Under the pieces are notes generated by a model. The model saw nothing but the letters and a program-made list of their open reading frames with translations. It had not been told where the DNA came from and searched no databases. DNA of 63,976 nt, counting the filler, from Corallochytrium limacisporum Hawaii (taxonomy: Eukaryota; Protista; Pluriformea): assembly GCA_002811645.1 (NCBI GenBank). It is 5 parts of 5 records of this genome, joined end to end, with 100 filler letters (N's around TTAATTAATTAA, not from the genome) between each part and the next. Parts side by side here need not be neighbours in the genome. Positions count along the whole stretch, not along the records: positions 1 to 25,583 come from PDIP01000156.1; 4 more parts are not named here. One strand, written 5' to 3'. Positions 1-11,904 of this stretch are shown here, piece after piece. Every line of letters begins with the position of its first letter. Position 1 is the stretch's first letter. A program made the position numbers and the translations under genes.

Positions 1-636
1 AAGATTGGCACAGTTATACATTCGAGGGTGCTGAGTTCGAATCTGTCAAAATTTTCCCGCTCTCCCAAGCGACGGCAGAGCTAAATCAAAATGAGTAGAT
101 TTGATACAATATTCCCAGACAGAGGGTGGTACCGAAAATACACAGCGTGCTAGTACCCGACTGCTACGTAAGTTGGTAAGTGTCTAAACTTCGTTCAATG
201 CAGGCCAGGTCAACCTCCTATTCGACAGCGTGCGGAATGCGATTCGGATGGATTGGTCGGCTTTGATCTGCGGGTCCACAATCGTTTCTGACTGTACCTC
301 CCCAGCAGTGGTGGTCCCACCAGAGCAAGGAAGGCTGCACCTGACGACCTTCACGGGATCAGAGTAGGATGCAATAATTGTCGGCTCGGCGTGCCCCTAG
401 TCGCTCCATATGCATGTGCATCGGAGAACCCGCAGTGTGCAGCAGAATGGCAGCATAGGAAAGTCTTGCTTGATGAAGGTAGAACGAATGGTATGATCAT
501 CACATGCAATGCCTTCATCAGCCCGTAACAGCAGCTCAGTAGCAGGCTGTTGTATCGGTGTCTGCGGCCCTGCGGCCCGACCTATCCGACTGCCTGGTTC
601 CCAGATGGCAAGGTTTGCTAATTCTATCAGACTCTC

Positions 637-903
637 TCAACGACGCCAGTAGCAGGCCATAAAGAGATTGAGGTTTGTGGAAAAGGGACCGAAGAAACAG
701 CGGTTCCTCACTGTGGAGAGGAAGAAGACTCGAGCAGAGTAGAGAAAAAGAGAAAAAAAATTATCCTGCTTGCGATTAACAGCGGCTGCTGCTGCCGGAG
801 CGCCTGTCATTTTCTGGCTGCTCTTGACGCCTTCCTCCCGGCCGGGGTAGTGTGCCTTTGCTGACTGGCTCTCGAAAAGTTTGTCCATGTATTTTCCGAA
901 CAT
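637..903 (-). CDS. Possible small orphan protein (88 aa), divergent from UBC8
   Basis: ATG-initiated ORF whose N-terminal half looks protein-like (MFGKYMDKLFESQ...GAPAAAAA). The C-terminal half runs through low-complexity T-rich DNA. No family recognised. Confidence 0.2.
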   Translation of the reverse strand: MFGKYMDKLFESQSAKAHYPGREEGVKSSQKMTGAPAAAAAVNRKQDNFFSLFLYSARVFFLSTVRNRCFFGPFSTNLNLFMACYWRR

Positions 904-1378
904 GAGCTAATGCATAATTTTTGATTAAGCAAATTGTAAGCACTGAGCTAGGAGACCGAAGAATAAATGCTACATCCATGTACAAGTTCCAAACCCAAAG
1001 GTGTTTGAATCTAACATGCAGGGAATATGAAGAAAAAATATGAAGTATAACTAGCATTGTGAGTCAGAAACGTACGTGTATACGAACGAAAGTTGCGATC
1101 AGCGCACCCAAAGTGAGGGGTACAAGTTTAAGTGCAGCATACGAACTTTTCTGGTAGTGTGCTCCAAAAGAAAACTGGATCGTCCGAGGCCGACTGACCA
1201 CATAAGGAGCACCCACATCGTCGGCGTCGCAGAGTACTCTTTTTTGCCACTGAACCGAGGAAGCAACCGGCTGCCAGGAGCGCTGGGTAGCCGAAGATAG
1301 AGTTAATCTAAGTGTATTGGCACGGGACATAGACATAAGTGTTTCTAGCATATTTTTCATATTTCATCCATAGCAAAC

Positions 1379-1951
1379 ATGTCGTCACCCAAGCGTCGCA
1401 TTGAAACTGACGTCATGAAACTCATGATGACAGATTACGAAGTTAGTCTTGTGCAGGATTCAATGTTGGAGTTCTACGTCAACTTCCACGGACCAGCGGA
1501 CACCCCCTACACGGGAGGTGTATGGAAAGTTCACGTGGAGATCCCGGAGCAGTATCCCTACAAGTCTCCTTCCATTGGATTTGTAAACCGCATTTTCCAT
1601 CCCAACATTGACGAGCTTTCGGGGAGTGTCTGTCTCGACGTCATTAACCAGACATGGAGCCCCATGTTTGATTTGTTAAACATCTTTGAAACATTTCTGC
1701 CACAGCTGCTGGCATATCCCAACCCTACAGATCCTCTAAATGGAGAAGCAGCAGCATTACTGATGCGGGAGCCAGAGCAGTATCAAAACAAGGTAAAAGA
1801 TTACGTGAAGAAGTACGCCAATCTGGAGGCAATTAAAGAAGCAGAGAAGAAGATCGATGGCCATGCAGATGACAGCGAAGATGGCGATGACTCTGAATTG
1901 AGCTCATTGGAGGATCTAGAGGATGAGGAGACCAAGGAAATGGAGCTGTGA
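1379..1951 (+). CDS. UBC8: Ubiquitin-conjugating enzyme E2 H (Ubc8 type)
   Basis: [15 protein letters not shown] start, HPN motif (IFHPNID), active-site [17 protein letters not shown], acidic tail; ATG context gcaaacATG. Confidence 0.95.
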   Translation: MSSPKRRIETDVMKLMMTDYEVSLVQDSMLEFYVNFHGPADTPYTGGVWKVHVEIPEQYPYKSPSIGFVNRIFHPNIDELSGSVCLDVINQTWSPMFDLLNIFETFLPQLLAYPNPTDPLNGEAAALLMREPEQYQNKVKDYVKKYANLEAIKEAEKKIDGHADDSEDGDDSELSSLEDLEDEETKEMEL

Positions 1952-3513
1952 GCCGAACTGCACACCATACAGATGATGTCGCATCACAGCGTCAGGCCAC
2001 GTACCGCATTTCGCGTATGTACTAAAGGTAAAAATTGAATACAAAGCAAACTCTCTTATCGTCCTTGAAGGTCTAGACAGGTTATCTTGCTAATGATGAT
2101 GATGTTCCCGCCATGGGTTGGTAGATGGCCCAAAACCCTTCACCGCCCGACAATGAGGGAGATGACCGAGCCGTCTGGATCCGCGGGCCCGGTGCAGAGC
2201 GATCAGTCCCATTCTCTGATCTGTGTGTGAGGGTGTCCGCCCTTGCGTCCTGTGCCCTCCCCTTACCGCTCCTCGACGTTCGGGAAAATTTTCAAACCCA
2301 AAGAGTATAGAATTCTGGTGCAGTTTTGACAACCACCGTTGACACCCGCGCTGCCCGACCGGCTGCAGTGCCGATGGGCAAGAAAGAACGCGAAGAAAGG
2401 GTGGAGAAATCTTTGAATCCATACGGTGAAAAAGGCCCCTGCTTCCAGAAACCTGTTAAAACGAAGGGTTTCTGCACCTGAGGGACACGCGGGGAAAGTT
2501 GAAGAAAAAACTGTCCGCAAAAACAAAAAGAATAAGAAAACGGTAAAACAAAGGAAGTGGAAAGGGAGCAGTGAAAGGAGGAGGAGGAAGGGAGGGGGCG
2601 CCACTCGGGGGAAGCAATTCGTCATATTCTTTTGGGCGGGAAACGCTGACGACTGATTTGGCAGTCGAGCAAAAAGCGCACGAGAGAGTTCCAGCTCCCG
2701 CTCCCGCAAAGACGCAAGCTCTGCTCTTATTAACCGCCTTGCGCACTCGGTCGGGAGACGTTCAATTCCCCTGGACACCTTCCGAAGGAGAAACAGTGTG
2801 GGAGTGTGTGACTGCAGAACGGCGATAGGGGCTAGAGGAGGGCACAGTGGAGAGATGTGGACGGGGTGCTGTGATCAGTGATTCCGACCCAAAAAATATG
2901 ATATAGAAACATAAACCTACGGGAGCGGTCCACCGATCATTGCTTGGCAAATCAGTACTTGAAGCTTTCAATTCGTTTCCTGCTCTTTGCACGCTTGGTA
3001 TTTTGTTATCCGGGAGCTTTATAACTTATGGTTTTTCCAGTTTTGTACAGTTATTCATTTACGTTCTGACATACCGGACTTATAAACACAGTGATGCAGC
3101 AGTTGGACCCGGCAGCCCAATCCGCCCCCGGGAGGAGGGGGGTGAGTTCACGGGAGCACACCGCCCGGGGGTTATCCTCTGACCGATGCCAACAAATGGA
3201 GACGGCCAATTGGTGATAGAAAAAGAAAAACTTCGGCGCAGCTCAGGAACACTGCTAGTATATAGAGCCTCAGCCTTGTTGCCCATACCCTCTTTTGGCC
3301 AAAGCCAAGCACGGTGTTATCAGCACCACTGCTGCTGTAACAGTCCTTAGTGTCACACACCAAAGACACCGGGCCGGTGCTGACCGACCCCAGACTTTTG
3401 TGATCCAGTTCTTCCGCTTCCTTTTTCTGCGATACTCTCAGTACGGCAAGCGGTCAGTCTCTCTCTTTTGAAACCACCCGGTTAGACTGTACCGCCCGGG
3501 GGGGGGGGGGGGG

Positions 3514-3630
3514 NNNNNNNNNNNNNNNNNNNNNNNNNNNNNNNNNNNNNNNNNNNNNNNNNNNNNNNNNNNNNNNNNNNNNNNNNNNNNNNNNNNNNNN
3601 NNNNNNNNNNNNNNNNNNNNNNNNNNNNNN
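3514..3630. other. Assembly gap flanked by a duplicated ~60-nt sequence and poly-G
   Basis: N run; 3446-3500 is nearly repeated at 3631-3690. Confidence 0.9.
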
Positions 3631-4173
3631 GCAAGCGGGCAGTCTCTCTCTTTTGAAACCCCCCGGTTAGACTGTACCGCCCGGGGGGGGGGGGAGACTT
3701 TCTTTCGGAAAATTTTCTCGGAAGATGGTTACCTTTCGCCGCTGCTGCTAGCTAAATGGTCGTGGTGACTGTACTGCCCGCGTCCGTGAGACTTTCTCGG
3801 TATATTCACTACTGGAGAACATCAACAGCTGGTTGTGAAAAGATTCGCTTTGTGCGTTTGCGGCCGGGAGCGATGAGGTGCTGTGGCTGACGCACACACC
3901 CAGTCAAAGAAGGCGGTGCCCCCAAAACAGAGGGCGCAAGGCACAGCAGCCATTCAGGGCGGGAAGTGTTCACACACTCCTACCGAAACCCGACACTTCT
4001 GAGCATGTCTCTTGGTTTCTCCTTTGTTTGTTTTGTAAGCATGATGAGTTACTTGTCATGTTATTATCATATGTGTTCATATTGAATTTGGCACGTAGGA
4101 AATATGGAATGTTTTCCATTTGACTACTTCAAGGACTCTACAGCCAGATCTGAACCCGCCAATACAAATTAAT

Positions 4174-4182
4174 TCACGTGAC
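4174..4182 (+). promoter_or_regulatory. Palindromic E-box TCACGTGA(C), CLEAR-like, upstream of RAB7
   Basis: TCACGTGAC lies about 180 nt before the RAB7 ATG, with a CCAAT at 4159-4163. Confidence 0.35.
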
Positions 4183-4360
4183 CTGCTTGCTGAATGTACG
4201 CGCGAGAAAACCTTCCCACACCCGGGCATTACTGAACCACTGATCTAACAAACAGAGACAGTGTAGAGCTCTACTTGTATCATAGCACCATAAGCTCTGG
4301 GCAAACATAAGTTGCAGTCAACAATACAGAGCGACGGAGTCTGAAGAATAACTATTCAAA

Positions 4361-4981
4361 ATGGCCACTAGGAAGAAAGTCCTTCTGAAGGTCATCATCC
4401 TAGGCGACAGCGGCGTCGGCAAGACAAGCCTGATGAACCAGTATGTGAACAAGAAGTTTAGCAACTCTTATAAGGCAACCATTGGTGCCGATTTTCTGAC
4501 CAAGGAAGTGATGGTAGACGACCGACTGGTGACTATGCAGATCTGGGACACTGCAGGTCAAGAGCGCTTCCAGTCGCTCGGTGTTGCTTTCTACCGTGGC
4601 GCGGATTGCTGTGTACTGGTTTACGACGTGACCGTGCCTAAATCATTTGAGAGTTTAGACAGCTGGCGCGATGAATTCTTGATCCAGGCCTCTCCTCGCG
4701 ATCCGGAAAACTTCCCCTTTGTTCTGCTGGGCAACAAGGTTGATAAGGAGAACCGCAGCGTCTCGACGAAGAGAGCGCAGGCTTGGGCACAGAGCAAGGG
4801 TAGCATTCCCTACTTCGAGACAAGCGCCAAGGAGGCTATCATGGTGGATGAGGCGTTTAAGCAGATTGCCCGTGACGCTCTCAAGCAGGAGGCGGATGAT
4901 AATCTGTACAGTGACTTCCCGGACCTGGTGCGCGTGACCAACGAGCCAACCCAGAACGACCAAGGCTGCCAGAACTGCTAA
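4361..4981 (+). CDS. RAB7: Small GTPase Rab7
   Basis: [65 protein letters not shown]; C-terminal cysteines. Confidence 0.97.
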   Translation: MATRKKVLLKVIILGDSGVGKTSLMNQYVNKKFSNSYKATIGADFLTKEVMVDDRLVTMQIWDTAGQERFQSLGVAFYRGADCCVLVYDVTVPKSFESLDSWRDEFLIQASPRDPENFPFVLLGNKVDKENRSVSTKRAQAWAQSKGSIPYFETSAKEAIMVDEAFKQIARDALKQEADDNLYSDFPDLVRVTNEPTQNDQGCQNC

Positions 4982-5871
4982 ATATATTGCAGGGCCACGC
5001 AAAACATCAGGTAATCATCATTCAGACATTTTTTATATTACAAACCCGCTGTGAAACACTTTTGCATTTGCATTGAGACATTGAACTTGTTGCTGAAAGA
5101 TTTGATGAACAATCAAGGCTTTGTCGTCTAGAATGCATGCTGTCTGGCATACACGCGCGATTCCATGCAATGTTGATTGTCCTACCGCTGTCACTTTGTC
5201 CATAGGACACTCTGAAAGAGAATGAGCACCAGTGTAAAGCTGGTGCAAGGGAGCCTATGTTGAGACAATTGCTAACAGGTATCATTCCATCATATATTGC
5301 AGGGCCTGCCCGGGCTTACTTCAAATATACTGCCCGGTCCCGCCTCTTGCCCTCTGAAACTACTGTCCCTCCGCATTGGTATTCCATAAATATATCTCGA
5401 ATCAGTACATTGCTATACCAACTGTGTGGCCGAGTAGATGGTAGGTATTCCAATAAATACGCAGAGAATCGTTTATTTTGCCTCAGGTTGTCCGGTTGGC
5501 ATTTGGGTCGGCGGGAAAGAGAACCTTTTCCTCCGGGGAAGAAAAAGGGGGGGGAGGATTGGATGGGTGGTGTAGAGGGAGTTTGGTCAATTAGGCTTGC
5601 GCTGTGTTTAGGAGTCCGAATGCAGGGAGACTGGCGTTGCGTTCCCAAAGACCGAAGACAACCCGGTTACTTCAGAGCACCTGCAACTTTAGTTATAGCA
5701 CGGAATGAGTTTTATTACAGTAGTGATCTTAGTTCGAAGAAAAAAGGCGAAACATCAGTGAATCATGTCCGTACGCGGACTTTGAGGTGACACGCAGTGG
5801 GTACGGAGTCAGGCATAATGTGAGTTGGCCACTAATCAAAATAGAATAGCTTACAGTTCTTTAGACACATC

Positions 5872-8800
5872 ATGCCACGCAGTGTTGGCAGACCGCGTAA
5901 GCGTGGGCGTGCTGCCGGACCTCGTAGTAATCGCACTCCTCGCGATGCTTTTGGGGCCGCTCTGGCGGAGGCGCAGGCCGCCATTCAGACAGCTGAGCGG
6001 AGGGAACGAGCCGGTGTACGCCATTTGGAAGGACTCCAGTTTGAATTAGAGTTCATGCCATCCATATCATCGGCTGTAGGACCGACAACAGCAGATGGTT
6101 CAGGGACAGGGAACAGTGGAGCACCGTCTTTAGTCCCCTCGACTAGCGGCACTCCCCGTGTCGTCGGCGGGGACGGAGGAGACAACGGTGTGGGGCTTGG
6201 TGTGATCAAGACAGTGTTAGATGCGTCTAATCCCATTAGGGTGGAACGGGATCTTTTGATGGAACGAATGAAGGAGGCACCCACGACACTGCAGCTGCCC
6301 AAGGCAGGGTCACGAAGAGTCAAAGGCAGTGGTGGCCGGCTGACGCTGAGCGTGCAGAAACCTAAGCCTTCGGCTCTTGCAGGCAAAAATGGTAGCACTA
6401 AGGGCTCTGCAATGCTAGGACCTGAGCTTGCGCTGCCGGTCACGACCATGGGCTATGCGACAGACACAGTCATGGGTCGCAACGTACGATACCGTGAGAT
6501 TCCAAAGCTCAAGTACCCAGACCTTGCACCAGATGTGAGGGAGGAACAGGCTAAACAGTACTATCTCTTTGATCATGAGTTATCAATGAAGCAGCAGGAG
6601 AGCACGCAACCACCCGTCGATGGTGAGGGCATTCCAAGTGCAATGAAGGTACCAATTGGCGGCCGCCGGGAAAGCAGGAAGCGCGTGGCATTGGCCATTG
6701 ATGAGCAGACAACAGGAGAAGCTGAGCCACCGACGCAGCTACAGCAGCGCCGGAGCAAGCGCCAGCGGCGTGGTTCCGCACAGCAGCAGCAGAAGCAGCA
6801 GGAGAGCGGTGGTGGAGGTACCTTCCGCACGCTTTTGTCGTGGTTCCTACCAATTGGCACAGGCATCATGGGTGATTCCAGTGGCGGTGGTGCCAATGAC
6901 GAGGCCGACGATTCAGTCCATTCTACTGCAGGTGGTTCTGGGCGGTCGTCGGTGATAGATGGAGCCAGCGCAGGCTCTGGAACTCTTCAGACGCCCGGTT
7001 TGAATCTGTCAGACATGAAAAGGGAGCAGTTAGAGAACGGAATTTCAGCAGAGACCGTAGCTCCCAACTTTTGGAACATGCCCTGGTCAAGATCCGCTCA
7101 GTACGTGTATGATGCAGAGGATGAGCACTGGTTAGACCAGGCAAAGCAAAGGTGCGCAGCATTGCTGATCAATGAACCCTACCGCAGTGACAGGGAAACC
7201 GCCAAAGATGAAGCAGACGATAGCAGGAGATCAGTGGACGAGAAGACTGCAAAGAAGGCAACCAAACAGGACACAGTAAAGCATGAATCCGCTGACGTCA
7301 CAAGTCCGGGCCGCAAGTCCAAGAGTAATGGTACGCCCCATCGTGCCTCATCCGCCGCAGCGCTGGTCGCTGCGGAATTGGCGTCGCCACTGCGTGCGCC
7401 CGGGATGCCACCGGCCTTCGATATGACAGTTGATCAAAAGGCCCTGGACAGGCGGGCTATAGAGCTTGGGTGGACCTTGGAGTGTCTTGTCATTGTGCTC
7501 GAGTACTTTGAACGCAATTCGTATTTTGCGCACCTGGCCGCGGGCAGTTATTCAGGCATTCATCATACACACCCAGATGAACCCGACGACCAACATGCGA
7601 TGGGCGGCCTGACGGCTTCGCGACTCCCCAGCCCACGGCGTGGGGTGCACACGCCACTGGTGAAAACCCATTTGACACCGCAATCGGAAGAGAAAACAGG
7701 CGAAGAGGGCAAGGGCGTGAAAAGCAGCCCGAGTATCAATCCGAACACTGCCACCAAGGACGATGCTCTTTGCGCGGTGTGCGGCATAGGGGACAGTGAG
7801 GGCATGAACCAAATCATTTTCTGTGAAAGCTGTGCCCTGGCAGTGCACCAGGACTGCTACGGAGTGCCGTTCATTCCGGACCACGCCTGGGTGTGCCGCC
7901 GATGCATGGTAGCCCCGAGCCAGTTAGTACGTTGCCAACTCTGCCCGAACGTCGATGGCGCTTTCAAACAGGCCAGTCGAAGTCGTTCCGTAGCACCTAT
8001 GGCACCTGACGGCGGCAACATCGGTGCCACCAGCGTCGCCAGTGCTCGGACAGAAGCCGCAAACGTTGCGGCAGCGGCTGCCCTCGGCTCTTCGAAACCA
8101 CGGCTCGCCGCACAGAATACGCGATTCAATCCACACAGCACCGAACCTGCTTGGGCCCACATTGTTTGCGCGGACTATGTGCCGGAGTGCGGCTTTGCGA
8201 ACCCCGTCTACCGTGAGCCGATCGATGACATCGAACTGATTCCAGAATCGAGATGGAAATTGAAGTGTTACATTTGTGAACGCACGGGCGTCGGGGCATC
8301 AATCCAGTGCTCCAAGTCGCATTGTTACACAGCCTTCCACGTGACCTGCGGCTTCCGGGCCAATCTCTTCCGCCGCAATGGCCCAGACACAGACCAGAGT
8401 GGTGATCCGGTCAAGCGCATGTACTGTCACGAACACACTCCAGCGGACGCTGACTTTGCGCCCGTTCCGCACAACGTCCTGAAGGAAGTCACGGCGGCAG
8501 CCACAGTCAGTCAAAGCTACATTGACCGTAAATTGCATCGCAAGCTCCAGAAGGAGGTTCTACACATGGTTCAGCGAACCTATCACCGTAGCAAACCAAC
8601 CTTGGATATTGTCATGATGCCTGTGGTACCTCTGCGGAGACTCGAATGGCTGCACCATTCAATGCAGCAGGCTGGCATTGGCTACCCGGGCACCTTAATC
8701 CGGGCACTGTACGCGTACTGGCAGCTTAAGCGTTGGCACAACCGAGGTGCTCCCTTGGTGCGTGCCCTGCAGGTCGTGGGCACCGCGTACGAGCCGCCAA

Positions 8801-8985
8801 CAGCCATCGAGGACTTGCGGTCTGCCCCTAGCGAAGGAACGAAAGGCCAGTTCCAGACACTCTCGACGCACCTGGCAAAGGCTGAACGGTTGGCGGTCCG
8901 GGTGGAGCGAAGGGAGCAAATTAAGGCGGACCGGGTCAGAGCGTTGGCACGGATGCTCGAGGTTGTGGAGAAGGAGGCCACGTGA
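5872..8985 (+). CDS. PHD-Zn knuckle-PHD (PZP) protein, BRPF/Jade/Nto1-like HAT-complex scaffold
   Basis: PHD1 CAVC...IIFCESCALAVHQDCYGVPFIP...WVCRRC; knuckle CQLCPNVDGAFKQ...WAHIVC; PHD2 RWKLKCYIC...IQCSKSHCYTAFHVTC; EPC-like YVYDAEDEHWL and YWQLKR...GAPLV; AT-hook-like GRPRKRGR at the N-terminus. No bromodomain or PWWP seen. Confidence 0.88.
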   Translation: MPRSVGRPRKRGRAAGPRSNRTPRDAFGAALAEAQAAIQTAERRERAGVRHLEGLQFELEFMPSISSAVGPTTADGSGTGNSGAPSLVPSTSGTPRVVGGDGGDNGVGLGVIKTVLDASNPIRVERDLLMERMKEAPTTLQLPKAGSRRVKGSGGRLTLSVQKPKPSALAGKNGSTKGSAMLGPELALPVTTMGYATDTVMGRNVRYREIPKLKYPDLAPDVREEQAKQYYLFDHELSMKQQESTQPPVDGEGIPSAMKVPIGGRRESRKRVALAIDEQTTGEAEPPTQLQQRRSKRQRRGSAQQQQKQQESGGGGTFRTLLSWFLPIGTGIMGDSSGGGANDEADDSVHSTAGGSGRSSVIDGASAGSGTLQTPGLNLSDMKREQLENGISAETVAPNFWNMPWSRSAQYVYDAEDEHWLDQAKQRCAALLINEPYRSDRETAKDEADDSRRSVDEKTAKKATKQDTVKHESADVTSPGRKSKSNGTPHRASSAAALVAAELASPLRAPGMPPAFDMTVDQKALDRRAIELGWTLECLVIVLEYFERNSYFAHLAAGSYSGIHHTHPDEPDDQHAMGGLTASRLPSPRRGVHTPLVKTHLTPQSEEKTGEEGKGVKSSPSINPNTATKDDALCAVCGIGDSEGMNQIIFCESCALAVHQDCYGVPFIPDHAWVCRRCMVAPSQLVRCQLCPNVDGAFKQASRSRSVAPMAPDGGNIGATSVASARTEAANVAAAAALGSSKPRLAAQNTRFNPHSTEPAWAHIVCADYVPECGFANPVYREPIDDIELIPESRWKLKCYICERTGVGASIQCSKSHCYTAFHVTCGFRANLFRRNGPDTDQSGDPVKRMYCHEHTPADADFAPVPHNVLKEVTAAATVSQSYIDRKLHRKLQKEVLHMVQRTYHRSKPTLDIVMMPVVPLRRLEWLHHSMQQAGIGYPGTLIRALYAYWQLKRWHNRGAPLVRALQVVGTAYEPPTAIEDLRSAPSEGTKGQFQTLSTHLAKAERLAVRVERREQIKADRVRALARMLEVVEKEAT

Positions 8986-9931
8986 ACGTGATTGGTGGAC
9001 GCATTACTACAATGTTACCAATATGAAAATGGTGTTCAACTAGACTAAGAACACGATTGACAGGAGAGACAAGAACTCTTTTTAAAACTTTGAAATTTGT
9101 AATAGAAGAAACTATGCTATGTCTTGATGGAATGGGAATCGAGGTGAGATGACATAGGCCATCACATACCCTCTCTTCGTTGAAAGAAGCTTAAATGGAT
9201 GTAAAAGAATAAAATAATGAAAGACCTCTCCAAGGTGACAAAGACAACTTGATGACAATGGCTGAAGAATCCATTGTCACATCTTTTGCTCACCATCACA
9301 ACTCTCGTCGCTCTCTTCTGTTGTGCCTCTCTCATCATCGTCAATGACTAAAGAACTAAGGCTGATCGCTTGCAGGATCGTCTCTGACGTCCCAGAGCAG
9401 AAGGCCATCGGGAAACTTTAGAAGTGGCTGAATGGTCCACAACCTTATCCCAAAAGGTGGGCGACAATGCTGTGATCGTGTCTTCTTGTCAGCGGCTTTC
9501 CTCCTTTCCAAAGAAACCTCTTCTTTTTCTATACACAATACGCTTTGGTTTTGATTGGAAGGTGCAAGACATCACTGATGGATGGTATGCTATGCATCAA
9601 TGAATGAATGTTGGTTGTGTTGTTTTGATATGCCGATATGTAAAAAGTAAAGATATGCCAAATGCACAGTGGTACGATGGCTAGAGGAGATCAGCATGGC
9701 CATTTTACAAAAAGACCATGCCGTAATCATTGCCACCACCCACAGAAGAATGTTGTCGCAAAGGTTTGTTGATTCGTGAATGCAAGCAGAGAAGAAGGTT
9801 TGTGATTCCATGGTGAAACCTTTGCTACCACCATGAACTGAACGCGCTTGACTTGATTGATGATGCCTCGAGTGAGGAATGAGAGCACCATGTTCTCTTC
9901 TTCCCTTTTGCGTTCTTTGCTTACAACAAAT

Positions 9932-10366
9932 TTAACGGTAAGACTTCTGGTAACGGGCACGGGCACCGGGACCACCGAACTTCTTGGGCTCGCAGCGACG
10001 GGGGTCAGCGACCAGCAGAGTACGGTCGTAGCGGACCAGAATGTCTTTGATCGCCTTCTTGCTGGCTTCATCAACGTACTTCTGGTAGTAGGCAACAATG
10101 GCCTTAGCAATAGCCTGACGCACAGCGTACATCTGGGCCACAGCACCACCACCCCGGACGCGAACGCGAATATCGACTGCAGAGTACTTGTCCTTGCCCA
10201 ACAAAAGGATAGGTTCGAAGGCCTTGATGCGGAGAATAGCCGGCTCCACGAGCTCCAGAGGCACACCGTTAACCTTAATCAGACCATTGCCCTGCTTGCA
10301 GTAGGCCACAGCAGTGGCGGTCTTCTTGCGACCGAAAGTCTGCACGGACATAATCTTGTCCGCCAT
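9932..10366 (-). CDS. RPS16: 40S ribosomal protein S16 (uS9)
   Basis: [15 protein letters not shown]...[24 protein letters not shown]. Confidence 0.98.
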   Translation of the reverse strand: MADKIMSVQTFGRKKTATAVAYCKQGNGLIKVNGVPLELVEPAILRIKAFEPILLLGKDKYSAVDIRVRVRGGGAVAQMYAVRQAIAKAIVAYYQKYVDEASKKAIKDILVRYDRTLLVADPRRCEPKKFGGPGARARYQKSYR

Positions 10367-11904
10367 GTTTGCTTATTAGTAAGTTTTGCGTTGCTTTCTT
10401 AACAGTTGGGTACCCCGAAAGAGAATACTGAGGATTAATGAGCAAACTTATAGTATAAAGTGATTGGTGGATCATAAATAGCAGTAATACAACCGAATGA
10501 TTCGACCAGTGTATTGTGTGTTTGCCTCTGCTCTATCCGACCCGTTGACAATCAAAGTCCTTATAGAGGACCCCGTGGTGAGGCGAAGGCTGTCTTTTCT
10601 GGTCATAAGTTGCTTGTGCACAAAATCTGTCAGCAAGCGAACAGGTGTTCTGAGGTGATTTTGACGAGATGCCAAGAGACAAAAACTGCTCGAAGGTTCG
10701 CTATAGGCTCAGCCTGGACGAAAACACACACAAAATGCAAATCGGATGTGTAACTTCTCCTTCTCGGGCTGCATACGTGATTCAGTACATTCAGTATGGA
10801 AATCGTGCAGGAAACGGCATGTCCCGGTTCATTTAATATAAAAATGCTAATACGGGGATTTTGAGTATATTCGCTATGACATTATCAATCCGGCCGAATT
10901 GGGAGGAAACACAATAATCGAATGCATTTTCTGAAAATTCAACAACAATTTTAAGTTTCATTTCCTGTGTGTGTAAATCTGTGTGTGTGTTTTTTCCGCA
11001 AGAGGGCACTGGGCAGTACTTTCACTACCGCAAAGGGGGAACGCAGCCACTCACAGTCCGGCCTCGCAGGCACGTTCCGCGACGGTCTCCGCAGGCTGAG
11101 GAGATGGGAGTCAGTAGTGAATATACGGACTCGGAATAAACTAGGCCGCAGAGTCGGTCGGTTTGGTTCTCTCGACTTTCTATCGATGTGTACGCCTTCT
11201 GGTCTGGGATCGATACGCTGTGGACAGCTGCCCACCGGCCTCCCTTTAGAATCACACACAAACCCATATCTCTGTAAATTTAACACAAAATACTTTTCCA
11301 AAAAAAAACCTCGAGAAATATGTGAATGAAATTGTTAAAAATTATCGGCGAATTTTTGACCCATTGTTGAAGTCCCAATTTTTATGAGGAAAGTATTTGG
11401 TTCCGTTTGCCATACCCAATACACTCTATATTGGCCCCTGCGGTACATTCAGTACCGAGTCGCCTGGTCCGCAGAGGCCAATCCAATATATTCAGTATGG
11501 TCAGGGAAAGAGGGGAAAGGGAAGTCTCTTTTGAGCCTAAGGTGTTGGCACTCGTGGGGCCCCACAGAAACATTTAGAGTCGTGGTTTGGGCCATAGTGT
11601 ATGGCCCAGAGGTTCGAAGCTTTGCGTGTGTATGTGTGTGTGTATGTGTGTGAGAGACACGGATGCTGAGTACAATAGTCAGTGGGTACAACTGGTCCAT
11701 GGGCATCAATAGACAGAGCTGACATTGGTAAGCAATGGATTGGATTGAAGACCATGATGAGGATAAATATAAAGTAGTTCATGGTCTTGAAGAACACATA
11801 AGCTAGTTCATAGGTGACAGAATTAGCTATTTGAAAGTGACGAATAGTTTCTCTAGACATCGTACTTCGGGTCAGTGTCGAGAAAATATTGAAAATAGTT
11901 CAAC

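Noticed and set aside
26-50. GAGTTCGAATC B-box or T-loop-like motif suggesting a tRNA
   Set aside because: No cloverleaf stems can be built, and it lies at the window edge.
3446-3800. Direct repeats flanking a gap (likewise 26821-26970)
   Set aside because: Near-identical copies on both sides of an N run indicate unmerged low-quality contig overlaps, not an LTR or target-site duplication.
9690-9731. SECIS-like AUGA...AAA...UGA hairpin on the minus strand
   Set aside because: Four unpaired bases separate the AUGA from the helix, so the GA quartet geometry fails, and RPS16 has no in-frame UGA.
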